Positions 18,573 to 28,393 of a DNA stretch of 64,000 bases are shown one piece after another. Positions within the stretch are counted from its first letter, which is position 1. Each line of letters starts with the position of its first letter. A program made the position numbers and the translations under genes. The notes beneath the pieces were generated by a model that worked only from the letters and a program-made list of their open reading frames with translations, ran no database searches and was not told where the DNA came from. Origin of the DNA: an uncultured Thermoplasmata archaeon (lineage in GTDB: Archaea > Thermoplasmatota > Thermoplasmata > JAGHBH01); the NCBI GenBank assembly GCA_964601625.1, contig CAZROC010000001.1, positions 46,348 to 110,347 of the forward strand. The letters are read 5' to 3'.

Positions 18573-19760
18573 CTAGTTAACGAGGGCATCCAACACTTTT
18601 GAAAACTGCTCTGCCATGGACATCGCTGTAGGTGGCTTTGTCGGTATACATTTTTGATATATTTGGCCTGTTATAATACGCTCCAATGCACATTTTATGG
18701 CCGAAACATCATCATAAGGCACAATAGTACAGTTCCCGTTCTTCTCTAACAGGTCTTTGGCTGCTCCTTTAGGCGGTATCATAGCTAAAATATGTCTGTG
18801 CAGTGCAAGATACTCAAATATCTTCCCAGTGAGAATATCTTCTTCTCCCCTTCCGCGCCCAATAAATAGGAGAAGAACGTTTGATTCTGCTGCTTTCTTC
18901 AAAGCTTCCGGTCGTGGTATCTCATCCATAAACTTTACAATGTTCTCAAGATCATATTCCTGAGCCTTTACTCGTGCGCTATTGTTGCGACCGATGAAAT
19001 TCACCTCAATTTTATTTCGGATGGTGGGATCCAAGCGTGCAAGTGCCTCAAGGAAATAATCTGCCTTTCTCCGACCATATAAACTTCCTATATAGGTAAA
19101 GATAACCTTGTCTTGGAAACGAGGCGGGGGGAGATTGAAAAAATCATCGGGATCAAAACCAGTATAGATGCTTTTTGCCTTGTCTTTTTTCATTGGGTAT
19201 TTGGATATTAGCTGATTTATGAGCTGTGGATTTATGCCCGTGATAAAATCTGCTGTTTCCACAACACTTCTTTCCATCCAGTTCTCTATTTTCGCACGGA
19301 TGCCATGGATTTCGACAAAAGGATTTTGTGTCCAAAGATCTCTAAAATCTGCCACCCATGGAAGGCCGGTGTATTTTTTAATCCAGTACGCGGCAAGGTG
19401 GGACGAGGAGGGGAGGGAGGAACTAAGAATCGCGTTAATTTTGTGTTTTTTGGCATATGAAACCCCCGCCTTTATAGCAAACGGAACCCATCCAACTGCT
19501 TGATCGGGAATGCTGAAAAATTTCCAGAACGCTCTGCTGTCGTATTCCAGAGAATGTGTTCTAATGATTTCAATCCCTGAGGGAATATCTTTCATAGATT
19601 CATAATCATATATGGGCCGAAAGATAGATCTTTTGACTGTGAGGACCGTTGGTTCCCAGCCATATTGGGGCAAATATTTTACAAGTTTTGAAACCCGGCC
19701 CACCCCACAATGTAGAGGCGGAAACAGGTAACTTACAACAAGGACCCTTTTCATCGACAC
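18573..19760 (-). CDS. Glycosyltransferase (GT4-like GT-B fold)
   Basis: An N-terminal GT-B domain (VLVVSYLFPP...GVGRV) and a C-terminal domain with a conserved E...E region; less canonical than the other GT4s. Confidence 0.6.
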   Translation of the reverse strand: MSMKRVLVVSYLFPPLHCGVGRVSKLVKYLPQYGWEPTVLTVKRSIFRPIYDYESMKDIPSGIEIIRTHSLEYDSRAFWKFFSIPDQAVGWVPFAIKAGVSYAKKHKINAILSSSLPSSSHLAAYWIKKYTGLPWVADFRDLWTQNPFVEIHGIRAKIENWMERSVVETADFITGINPQLINQLISKYPMKKDKAKSIYTGFDPDDFFNLPPPRFQDKVIFTYIGSLYGRRKADYFLEALARLDPTIRNKIEVNFIGRNNSARVKAQEYDLENIVKFMDEIPRPEALKKAAESNVLLLFIGRGRGEEDILTGKIFEYLALHRHILAMIPPKGAAKDLLEKNGNCTIVPYDDVSAIKCALERIITGQIYQKCIPTKPPTAMSMAEQFSKVLDALVN

Positions 19761-19812
19761 GTTAACGAAAGAAGGGTAGATAAACTTTTATATCTAGGAA
19801 AGATGCACACTG

Positions 19813-20751
19813 ATGATGACCCCGGGCATTTACAAGAAGTATTTTATAGACGATTTCTTCAATACGATGTTCAAAAAATCCAAAGCATATACTTATAAAC
19901 TAGATGAAAAAGGCGTGATCACAATAAACTACATTGAAAGAAAATTGGGAGAACAATACAACCCGGTGGCCATTGCTACTTATGCACTAGGAGAATACAA
20001 CAAGTATTATGATACCAGATCGGCTACTGCCAAAAACTTGTTTCTTTCACACGCTGATTGGTTGGTGGAGAATGCTATCCCAAAAAAAGATTTTGTGGTA
20101 TGGCACTACAATTTTGATTGGATATCTCCAGGCTATCGTTGCAAAGCTCCGTGGATATCCGCTATGGCGCAAGGATTAGCAATGAGCGTTCTAATCCGCG
20201 CGTGGACGATCACGGGGGATGAAAAATATCTTTCAACAGCCAAATTAGCATTTAATTCATTCAAAGCCACAGTGGAGGACGGCGGTGTCGCAAGGAAGGA
20301 TAAGAAGGGATATCTCTGGTATGATGAATACGTTTGCGAAAAATCAGCAAACGTATTGAACGGTATGATGTTCGCTGTGATCAGCCTCCACGAATATTGG
20401 GAGGTAACAAAGGATCCTGAGGCAAAGGAGCTTTTTGATGAAGGGGTACGAACCTTGGAGGCGAATCTGAAGCGGTTTCGGCTGGAGCTCGGGTTCTTCA
20501 GATATTCACGATATGATGATTACCTGCTCATATATTCTGGAGAAAAATATCATAAATGTCACCTTCAACAACTGAGATATCTAATTCAGGTCACGGATAA
20601 TAAAACGTTCAAGAAATACCTCGCACTCTGGGAAAAAGCCGACAGGATAAAAGGAAAGAGGCTCTTCCTATTCATGAAGTTATATAGGATATATCTCCGG
20701 ATCATCCAAAGAAAGGTGAAAAAAGAATGGGAGCGCAGAAAAAATGAATAA
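19813..20751 (+). CDS. D-glucuronyl C5-epimerase C-terminal-domain homolog (polysaccharide-level uronic acid C5-epimerase family)
   Basis: [18 protein letters not shown] matches the W-S-A-M-A-Q-G motif of heparosan glucuronyl C5-epimerases. [16 protein letters not shown] and HLQQLRYL... also parallel the Glce C-terminal (alpha/alpha)-barrel. Compared from memory, not by search. Confidence 0.55.
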   Translation: MMTPGIYKKYFIDDFFNTMFKKSKAYTYKLDEKGVITINYIERKLGEQYNPVAIATYALGEYNKYYDTRSATAKNLFLSHADWLVENAIPKKDFVVWHYNFDWISPGYRCKAPWISAMAQGLAMSVLIRAWTITGDEKYLSTAKLAFNSFKATVEDGGVARKDKKGYLWYDEYVCEKSANVLNGMMFAVISLHEYWEVTKDPEAKELFDEGVRTLEANLKRFRLELGFFRYSRYDDYLLIYSGEKYHKCHLQQLRYLIQVTDNKTFKKYLALWEKADRIKGKRLFLFMKLYRIYLRIIQRKVKKEWERRKNE

Positions 20752-21241
20752 AAAAATAAAGGAACTGATCGCCGTTGTCCTGGAAAAAGTGCCATTAAAA
20801 ATCGGATACGACCTTAGAGAAAAATTCTATAAACGAGTTGCAAAGAGAATCGGGAACAATCTGTGGATGAACAGGAATGTCAGGATTGAATGTCCCGAAT
20901 ACCTAGAATGCGGGGACAATGTTGTCATCAATATGTGGACATGGATAAATGCGAGAGGCGGGGTGAAAATAGGCAATGATGTTCTCATCGGTCCCAGAGT
21001 GATAATACACTCTGCCAATCATCGGTTTAAAAACCGAGACAAACCAATCAGGCTCCAGGGCCACGATTTCAAAAAGGTCACAATTGGAAATGATGTATGG
21101 ATTGGAGCAGGTGCGATAATCCTTCCGGGGGTTACAATCGGGGATGGGGCCATTGTGGGGGCAGGTGCAGTTGTTACAAAAGATGTGGAGCCCTATGCAA
21201 TAGTAGCCGGTGTTCCGGCGAAAAAAATAGGTGAGAGATAA
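20744..21241 (+). CDS. Hexapeptide-repeat sugar O-acetyltransferase (maltose/galactoside acetyltransferase-like)
   Basis: [18 protein letters not shown]...[33 protein letters not shown] is the classic LbH acetyltransferase C-terminus. Confidence 0.8.
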   Translation: MNKKIKELIAVVLEKVPLKIGYDLREKFYKRVAKRIGNNLWMNRNVRIECPEYLECGDNVVINMWTWINARGGVKIGNDVLIGPRVIIHSANHRFKNRDKPIRLQGHDFKKVTIGNDVWIGAGAIILPGVTIGDGAIVGAGAVVTKDVEPYAIVAGVPAKKIGER

Positions 21242-21445
21242 ATTTTAGACGGGTGAATCATAACCTCTTAATACTGGTCGTTTCTCCTCGGCTATGAAAA
21301 AATACTCTTCCAAAAACAGAGTGTGTTGAGATTAACAGCACCTGCAATCTCCGGTGCCTGTAATATTGGACAAAAAATGTGTATGGAAATTTCTATCAAG
21401 GCCTGCCTGTGCATGTTGTTGTTCACTTTTTATGGAGCGAACTAT

Positions 21446-22993
21446 CTAGATTCGTCTTCTGATTGGATTTAAATGGACAAGGATTTCTTTGACATCGCTT
21501 TTTTCTTTTGGGGACAATCCTAATATGTAAAACAGCCCTGCGAACAGCCCGGTACCGATAATAAGATATGCCACCAACATCATCAACCCGGTGGGGGGGA
21601 GATACATTTGAAGACCATACAGTAGCCCCCCTACGAATAGAGAAAGAACATACGGGACTGCCAGGACTTCCCTAGTGTATCTCCGCACATCTATTTTGAG
21701 AAGTCTCCAGGCATGTCTGTGTATCAACGGCATCACGACGAAGTATGGTATGGTGGTTCCAAGAACTACTCCCAGAAGGCCATAATATCTAACAAGAATT
21801 ATACTTAATAATAAATTGAGTACGGCGTTACCCATGTTTAAATAAAGTATCGGCTTGAACCGCTCTTTTGCTAATAGAGTGTTTCCTATAGTCCCGAAAG
21901 GAGCCAGTATGAACCAATATAAAAGATAGACCCTTGCAACCAATCCTATCCATTCATAACTTTCTCCCATCCAGAAACGAATAATGTGATCTGCGAGAAC
22001 AAAAATTGGAACAAGAGCCATAAATGTGATCGCACACCTATACTTGCTGCCCGTATACAGGATTCTTTCAATCTTTTCTTTCTCCTTTAGAGTGTCCATT
22101 TCAGTGATGGCAGGAAGGAGAGCGCTTCCGGATAGATACCAAACTGATTGCACAACCTGATGCAACTTTCTGGCTACAGAATAGAATGTAATCGCAGACA
22201 TGGAAAGAAACACTCCGAGCACGATCTGGTCAGTGTAAAGAATAATCATGCCAGCTATATTTGTGAAAAAGATAACAACGCTGAAGGTGAATATGTTGCG
22301 CAATGTCTTTGTCGTCATATATTCCCGTTTAAGTGTGATGTAAGGTGCTAACCTGTGGATTACGAAGATGTGAATTACCTGTAGGAGTGTGCTTGCTATT
22401 ACCTGAAAGAATATGAGCTCAATAATCCCGTACCCTGACGAAAGAACAACCCATGTAATAGCAGCATTAACAGAACTCCCAAAAACAGTCAGTTTGGCTG
22501 CGATATCGTATCGCTGAAGGCCCGCATATATCGATTGAAATGAACGTATAGGCCAACTGGTCAGACTGGTAACTGCCGTTATATAAAAAATATATCTAGC
22601 TATCCAATAGTCCTCAGTATCTATTTTGAACAGAGACAAACCCGATGTTCCTATAAGTATAAGTGCAGAAAATATAATAAGTCCAACTCCAATGTAAAAA
22701 AGAAAAACTGAATTAATCATTTTATTAATTGTCTCCTTGTCTCCCCTAGCATTATACTGGGCCACATATTTTACTAAGGCTGTTCCAAAGCCAAAATCCA
22801 ACAGTCCAAAATATCCTGTTACACTACCTACTAAGAGCCAAATGCCATACATCTCGGCTCCAACATGATGGACTATGAATGGAAACAGGATGAAGTTGAG
22901 AGCGTATCTCCATAGCCGAGCAAAACTGTTGGCAAGAGTATTTGCCGCAATCTTCGTCTTTGTACTATACATGTTTCCACTCCTGTCACTCAT
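21446..22993 (-). CDS. Polysaccharide/oligosaccharide flippase (MOP superfamily, Wzx-like)
   Basis: ~515 aa, 12-14 predicted TM helices, the N-terminal pattern of polysaccharide-biosynthesis (Wzx) proteins; AT-rich coding sequence. Confidence 0.75.
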   Translation of the reverse strand: MSDRSGNMYSTKTKIAANTLANSFARLWRYALNFILFPFIVHHVGAEMYGIWLLVGSVTGYFGLLDFGFGTALVKYVAQYNARGDKETINKMINSVFLFYIGVGLIIFSALILIGTSGLSLFKIDTEDYWIARYIFYITAVTSLTSWPIRSFQSIYAGLQRYDIAAKLTVFGSSVNAAITWVVLSSGYGIIELIFFQVIASTLLQVIHIFVIHRLAPYITLKREYMTTKTLRNIFTFSVVIFFTNIAGMIILYTDQIVLGVFLSMSAITFYSVARKLHQVVQSVWYLSGSALLPAITEMDTLKEKEKIERILYTGSKYRCAITFMALVPIFVLADHIIRFWMGESYEWIGLVARVYLLYWFILAPFGTIGNTLLAKERFKPILYLNMGNAVLNLLLSIILVRYYGLLGVVLGTTIPYFVVMPLIHRHAWRLLKIDVRRYTREVLAVPYVLSLFVGGLLYGLQMYLPPTGLMMLVAYLIIGTGLFAGLFYILGLSPKEKSDVKEILVHLNPIRRRI

Positions 22994-23634
22994 ATATCCC
23001 TAAAACTTGTGCAGGGCTATGGCGTCTCCATGTTCAAGATGATGATATTGCCTCATAATTTGCCTCATGATTGTTTTTTATCACGCCGGTCATTACTACT
23101 CCTTTATCGATATTAGTAATAGCAACACCGGAGGCGATAATGTGATGGAGCCGAAAAGGGCTAGCAAAAAAGTTATCTTTTTCTTTTAAGAATGCGTGTA
23201 ATCTCTTTCTGTTTCTATTGCCCACTCCACCAAGGGTAAATTTCTCTTTTTTAGGTCTTCCTAACTCCAAAGCAATCAATTCTGGCATAGAGCCACCTTT
23301 CCCAGTTTCCATTTTTATTCGCCTTTATTAACTTTGTGGACATTTTGACCTGGCGCGTAGTCCTAAACCAATCGAAATAGCACACGGGTACCACAACAGA
23401 TATAGACGAGAAATTACTCCAGCCACCGAAGGACATCGTAGAAATACGGCTCACATGTGCCCACACCAAAAAACACGTTAAAGCCCAACAACGAAATATT
23501 ATATTTATATTATTATATTTTATATTAATAATCAACATCGCACCCATCGGCCTTTAAATACTATTGAAGACAGGTTACACAAAATGATACTACCATAAAC
23601 TATATACGCTCTTTGTCTTACATGTACAAGCATT

Positions 23635-24789
23635 ATGGGTGAAAATATTACTCTCGCATTGATAGGTAATCCTTTAAGCCCCCATCTCCAGAGGTGGATC
23701 AGATTTTATTCTGAAAAAGGCGTTCACGTTGTTCTCTTTACACGATATGACCCCACGTATCTGTATGAACAATCAGACCGCATTTTTAAAGGCGTTGAAA
23801 TTGCGCAGGTGAAATTTCACGGTAATAAATTCACTAGGTCTATGAATTTGAAAAAAGACCTAAGAAAAAAGATGGGAGAATACAAACCGGACATTTTGCA
23901 TGCCCATTACGTGGCTCTTTATGGGTGGTGGGGATATTTAACAGGATTTCATCCTTTTGTTATGCAGGTGTGGGGTACTGATGTATTTAAATTTCCTACT
24001 ACGTCTATGAAAAATTACTTTACAGTTAAAAAGATTCTAAAATCTGCTGATACTATTATAGTAACTAATGAATACACTAAAAAATATGTATATAAAAAGT
24101 TCAATTTAAAAAATAGAAATATTGTTATAAACAGGTGGGGTGTTGACCTGACCATTTTCGATTTGCCTTCTCCGGAAAAAAAACGACAGCTTAGAAATAA
24201 ATGGGGCATACCTTCAGATAACATTGTGTTCTGTAGCCCAAGGCATTTAACTAAGTTATATCAAGTAGACCTGTTGACAGAGGGGTTTCACCAGTTCACT
24301 AAAGAAAATCCGGACTTAAAAGTATACTTCTTGATATTAACCGGTCTTTCCAGAGACAATGAGATATACAACAAAGTCGTTGAAAAAATCAAAATAAGTA
24401 AAAACATCTCTTTAATAGAAAAAGAGCTAAACGCATATGAAATGGCAGAGATTTTCCAGATCTCAGATGCTGTTTTTTCTATACCAATCCATGACCAGTT
24501 CTCTTCTTCAATCCAGGAAGCCATGGCCTGTGGAAGCATCCCTATTGTCTCAAAACTCCCAGTATACGGAGAGTTTCTTGAAGACGAAAAGAACGCTCTA
24601 TTTTTAAAAGAAGTTAATGCTCAAGAAATCAAAAAAAGTATAAAACGCTTCCTTAATATTGATGAAAACAAGAAAGCAGAAATGATCAAATACAATCGTA
24701 ATATAATAGAAAAATATTTTAATTGGGAAAAAGAAAGTGAAAAAATGCTGGACCTGTACAAAAAGTGCTTGGAAAATACCCTCTATTGA
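23635..24789 (+). CDS. Glycosyltransferase family 4; a low-GC (~33%) gene
   Basis: QEAMACGSIPIVSKLPVYGEFLEDEKNALFLK is the GT4 C-terminal motif; composition differs sharply from the neighbours. Confidence 0.8.
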   Translation: MGENITLALIGNPLSPHLQRWIRFYSEKGVHVVLFTRYDPTYLYEQSDRIFKGVEIAQVKFHGNKFTRSMNLKKDLRKKMGEYKPDILHAHYVALYGWWGYLTGFHPFVMQVWGTDVFKFPTTSMKNYFTVKKILKSADTIIVTNEYTKKYVYKKFNLKNRNIVINRWGVDLTIFDLPSPEKKRQLRNKWGIPSDNIVFCSPRHLTKLYQVDLLTEGFHQFTKENPDLKVYFLILTGLSRDNEIYNKVVEKIKISKNISLIEKELNAYEMAEIFQISDAVFSIPIHDQFSSSIQEAMACGSIPIVSKLPVYGEFLEDEKNALFLKEVNAQEIKKSIKRFLNIDENKKAEMIKYNRNIIEKYFNWEKESEKMLDLYKKCLENTLY

Positions 24790-24792
24790 TAA

Positions 24793-25260
24793 GTGGATAC
24801 AATTAAATACACTCAAAAATATGAGGAGATGATGACAGCCCGTTTCAAAACGTGGAAAAAACCTGAGTTTGACGAGAGGAGTCTCACCAAGTGGAACTGG
24901 ATGTGCCAGCACCCGGAGAATCTCGTTCTCGGTTATGGGTGCGATATCGGCGCCTTCACATACATAAATGCCGCTTTCGGAGTTGAAATAGGGGAGAACG
25001 CACAAATAGGATCCCATTGTTCAATTTATTCAATTTCAACAATAGACGGAAAAAAGGGCAAAGTCGTTATAGAAAAAAATGCGCGAATCGGGAGTCACAG
25101 TGTAGTCATGCCCGGCGTTCGTGTAGGTGAAAATTCAGTCGTGGGAGCGTTCAGCTTCGTTAACAGAGACATACCTCCAAACGTTCTGGCGTTCGGTGTC
25201 CCCGCGCGAGTTATACGCCCTCTCACGGAGGAAGAAATGAGAGGTGCAGAGGATGAGTGA
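24793..25260 (+). CDS. Hexapeptide-repeat N-acetyltransferase (PglD/WbpD-like amino-sugar acetyltransferase candidate)
   Basis: LbH repeats (IGENAQIGSHCSI, IGSHSVVMPGVRVGENSVVGAFSFV); sits directly upstream of the DegT aminotransferase and 4,6-dehydratase. Confidence 0.75.
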   Translation: MDTIKYTQKYEEMMTARFKTWKKPEFDERSLTKWNWMCQHPENLVLGYGCDIGAFTYINAAFGVEIGENAQIGSHCSIYSISTIDGKKGKVVIEKNARIGSHSVVMPGVRVGENSVVGAFSFVNRDIPPNVLAFGVPARVIRPLTEEEMRGAEDE

Positions 25261-26428
25261 ATGGAAAATACCTCTCTTTCGCATATACTGGGATGAAGAA
25301 GATGTCAACGCTGTCAAAGAAGCTATTGAGCGTGGCATGTTCTGGGCCGTCGGTCCAGAAGTGAAAAAATTTGAAGAGAAAATCGCGGAGTTTCTTGGAA
25401 GGCGATATGCTCTTGTTTTTAATTCGGGCACTTCTGCCCTGCATGCACTGCTGTTAGCTCACGGGGTGGGACAGGGGGATGAAGTCGTTGTACCTTCTTT
25501 CTCGTTTATATCTACTGCCAACTCTGTTCTTTTTGTAGGAGCAAAGCCGGTCTTCGCCGATATAGAAGAAGAAACCTTTGGTCTGGATGTTGAAAATGTG
25601 CAGGAAAAGATAACGTCGCACACAAAAGTCATAATGCCCATGCACTATGGTGGAGGGGTGGCCAGAGATATAACTGCTCTGCGTGAGATAGCGGAAGACC
25701 ACAACATCATTTTGATAGAAGATACCGCGGAGTCCTTTGGGGCAAAAAAAGATGATGTTTTTGCGGGGTGTTTCGGTCAATCCGCCGCTCTTAGCTTCTG
25801 CCAAACAAAAATTTTCACCACAGGAGAAGGCGGCGCAATAGTAACAGACAACCGCGATATATATGAACGAGCAAAGCTCGTTAGATCACACGGAAGAGCC
25901 GAAACGGCGGATTATTTTAATTCTACAGAATACATGGATTATGTATCTCTTGGGTATAACTTCCGCATGGCTAACATTCTGGCAGCACTGGGTATATCCC
26001 AGCTCAAGAAGGTTGAAAAGCTCATTTCAATGAGAAGGTCCGTGGCTTCTCAAATAACAGAGTCTCTGTCGGATGTTGAAGGAATAAGAACACCCGTGGA
26101 ACCTGCTGGACATTTTCATGTATATCAGATGTACACAGTACGTGTTTCAGGAGGAAAAAAAACTAGAGATGCTTTAAAGAAACATCTTGAAAAGCGTGGA
26201 ATAATGAGCAGGGTTTATTTTAACCCGATCCACAGAACATCTTTTTACGTCGGTATGGGATACGGGGGTATCTCCTTGCCTGTTACAGAAAAGATTTCTA
26301 AAGAGGTTCTGACACTTCCCATATTTCCTGATATGACATCTGAAGAGATAGAATATATAACCGGTTCAATAAAAACGTTCTTTGAAAAAGAGGAAAAGGA
26401 GCGGAGGGCTAATGAGAGCCAATGCTGA
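25244..26428 (+). CDS. DegT/DnrJ/EryC1/StrS-family PLP-dependent sugar aminotransferase
   Basis: Typical family layout (...NSGTSALHALL...EVVVPSFSFISTANSV...) with the conserved Lys region (...SFCQTKIFTTGEGGAIV). Confidence 0.85.
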   Translation: MQRMSEWKIPLFRIYWDEEDVNAVKEAIERGMFWAVGPEVKKFEEKIAEFLGRRYALVFNSGTSALHALLLAHGVGQGDEVVVPSFSFISTANSVLFVGAKPVFADIEEETFGLDVENVQEKITSHTKVIMPMHYGGGVARDITALREIAEDHNIILIEDTAESFGAKKDDVFAGCFGQSAALSFCQTKIFTTGEGGAIVTDNRDIYERAKLVRSHGRAETADYFNSTEYMDYVSLGYNFRMANILAALGISQLKKVEKLISMRRSVASQITESLSDVEGIRTPVEPAGHFHVYQMYTVRVSGGKKTRDALKKHLEKRGIMSRVYFNPIHRTSFYVGMGYGGISLPVTEKISKEVLTLPIFPDMTSEEIEYITGSIKTFFEKEEKERRANESQC

Positions 26429-27488
26429 AAGACCTTTAGGACTTACTGAGGAAGAGCAGATAAAAAACGCTCTGGAAGATAAAACTGTTCTTGTAACCGG
26501 TGGACTTGGTAGTATAGGAGGAGAAATCGTTCGCCGGTTGGTCGACGAATACTCTACAAAAAAGATCATCATTTTTGATAACAGAGAAACCGAACTTTTT
26601 TATGCTAAACAGGCCTTTTCAGATAAAGTTCATGTCATATATGGGGATGTGAGAGATGCCCGCGCTGTGGAAAGGGCATTTAAAGGAGTGAACATAGTTT
26701 TCCACGCCGCCGCCATGAAACATGTGATAATGTGTGAGATGAACCCTTTTGAGGCTGTAAAAACCAACGTGATAGGCACAGAGAACGTGATCAACGCGGC
26801 GGTTAACAACCGGGTTGAGAAGGTCGTCGTTATATCCACCGATAAAGCGGTGAATCCTACAAATGTTATGGGGGCGACAAAACTTCTGGCAGAGAGGCTG
26901 GTATCTGCGTTTTGTTCGTCGTATAACAAAGACAACGCCCCACGTTTTTCCGTAGTTCGTTTCGGCAACGTCCTGGCATCAAGAGGGTCTGTGCTTGAGA
27001 TCTGGGACAAGCAGTTGAGGGCGGGAGAAAAGATAACAGTAACAGACCCAGACATGACACGGTTTTTTATGGACGTGTCTCAGAGCGTATATCTTATCTT
27101 TTCCGCCATGGTTATGGGAAAACGCGGAGAAACGTTTATTTTCAAGATGCCCTCTATAAAAATAGGGGACCTGGCAAGGGCGTTTTTGGAAGTGCGCGGT
27201 TACCCAGCAGACCATGTTAAAATAACCGGCAAGCGTCCGGGAGAGAAAACCCACGAGGAACTGTTGAACAACGACGAGAAAGAGTTTCTTCTTGAAAACG
27301 AGAAGATGTTCGTTCGGTTGCCTCTTTTTTACGACCAAACGGTTATTGAAAATCTCAAAAGGTATGATTTTAGAGAGGCAACGAACTATTCGTTTTCATC
27401 CGCGGACGAGAATAACCTGTTGGATTTCAAGGATATAATCGCTATACTGGAAAAAAACCTAAAAAATGAGTTAACGATGAATAAATAA
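26412..27488 (+). CDS. UDP-sugar 4,6-dehydratase (short CapD/PglF/PseB-FlaA1 type, SDR family)
   Basis: KTVLVTGGLGSIGGEIVRRL is the Rossmann motif; ...FHAAAMKHVIMCEMNPFEAVKTNVIGTENV...VVVISTDKAVNPTNVMGATK. Start at ATG 26412 after a GGAGGG Shine-Dalgarno; the ORF-track start is a TTG. Confidence 0.8.
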   Translation: MRANAERPLGLTEEEQIKNALEDKTVLVTGGLGSIGGEIVRRLVDEYSTKKIIIFDNRETELFYAKQAFSDKVHVIYGDVRDARAVERAFKGVNIVFHAAAMKHVIMCEMNPFEAVKTNVIGTENVINAAVNNRVEKVVVISTDKAVNPTNVMGATKLLAERLVSAFCSSYNKDNAPRFSVVRFGNVLASRGSVLEIWDKQLRAGEKITVTDPDMTRFFMDVSQSVYLIFSAMVMGKRGETFIFKMPSIKIGDLARAFLEVRGYPADHVKITGKRPGEKTHEELLNNDEKEFLLENEKMFVRLPLFYDQTVIENLKRYDFREATNYSFSSADENNLLDFKDIIAILEKNLKNELTMNK

Positions 27489-27490
27489 TA

Positions 27491-28312
27491 TTATCTCAGA
27501 AAGCTGTTCGCCTCCCGCCATCCCTCCGGAGTGCCTATGTCATATCTTTTGCCTTCTATTTCCACGGCGACGGCGCCTTCTTCTTTTATGAGCATGTCTA
27601 TGGCGTGGGTTAGCTGTATTTCTCCTCGCTGGTCGGGGGGTGTTTTTGAGATGTGGGTGTATATGGCGGGGGTGAGGATGTATCTTCCCAGGACTGCGAG
27701 GTCGCCTGGTTCTTCGCCCGGCTCCGGTTTTTCCACTATTCCACACAGTTCGTATGTTGGCGGGCTGTCGCTGAGCCTTTTTTTTATCTCCACCACGCCG
27801 TAGTTGTGGAGTTTTTCCCGTGGGAGGCGTTCCACCGCCACCACCGTTTTTTTGTGTCGGGCGTAGATTTCCATGAGCTGTTTTATGGCGGGTGTTTTTG
27901 AGAAGACCACGTCGTCGCCCAGGAGGAGGGCGAAGGTTTTGTCTCCCGTGTGGTGTCTGGCAGCGTATACCGCGTGTCCGAGGCCGAGGGGTTCTCTCTG
28001 GCGTATGTAGTGTATGGATGCCATTTCCGCTATGTTCTTTATCTCTGCCAGTTTTTCTTTTTCTCCTCTGGCAGCGAGGATCTGCTCCAGTTCCACTGAG
28101 TGGTCAAAGTGGTCTTCTATCGCCCTCTTTCCCCTTCCTGTTATTATGAGGATGTCGTCTATTCCGCTGGCAACGACCTCTTCCACGACATACTGGATGG
28201 CCGGTTTTGTTCCTATGGGGAGCATCTCTTTGGGCATGGCTTTTGTTGCTGGCAGAAAACGGGTTCCCAGCCCGGCTGCGGGGATGACGGCTTTTGTGAC
28301 TGGTGCTGGCAT
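27491..28312 (-). CDS. Sugar-1-phosphate nucleotidyltransferase, UTP-glucose-1-phosphate uridylyltransferase (GalU)-like
   Basis: KAVIPAAGLGTRFLPATKAMPKEMLPI is the GalU-type signature. Start placed at the internal ATG (28312); the longer ORF would overlap the divergent dehydrogenase gene. Confidence 0.75.
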   Translation of the reverse strand: MPAPVTKAVIPAAGLGTRFLPATKAMPKEMLPIGTKPAIQYVVEEVVASGIDDILIITGRGKRAIEDHFDHSVELEQILAARGEKEKLAEIKNIAEMASIHYIRQREPLGLGHAVYAARHHTGDKTFALLLGDDVVFSKTPAIKQLMEIYARHKKTVVAVERLPREKLHNYGVVEIKKRLSDSPPTYELCGIVEKPEPGEEPGDLAVLGRYILTPAIYTHISKTPPDQRGEIQLTHAIDMLIKEEGAVAVEIEGKRYDIGTPEGWREANSFLR

Positions 28313-28393
28313 GTGGTATAGAAAGGCGGGGTTGTTCTTAACCCTTTCTTTGGTTCGGAGATGTTTATATATCGGGGGTTGTTTTTCTCCACC

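Noticed and set aside
23460-23560. Replication origin (AT-rich DUE)
   Set aside because: No orc1/cdc6 gene nearby and no recognisable ORB-type repeats flanking the A/T tract. More likely promoter DNA of a low-GC acquired cassette.
27540-27746. Arg-rich 68-codon ORF (MWNSGKTGAGRRTRRPRSPG...)
   Set aside because: It is antisense to the GalU-like gene; its basic low-complexity sequence is typical of GC-rich antisense frames.
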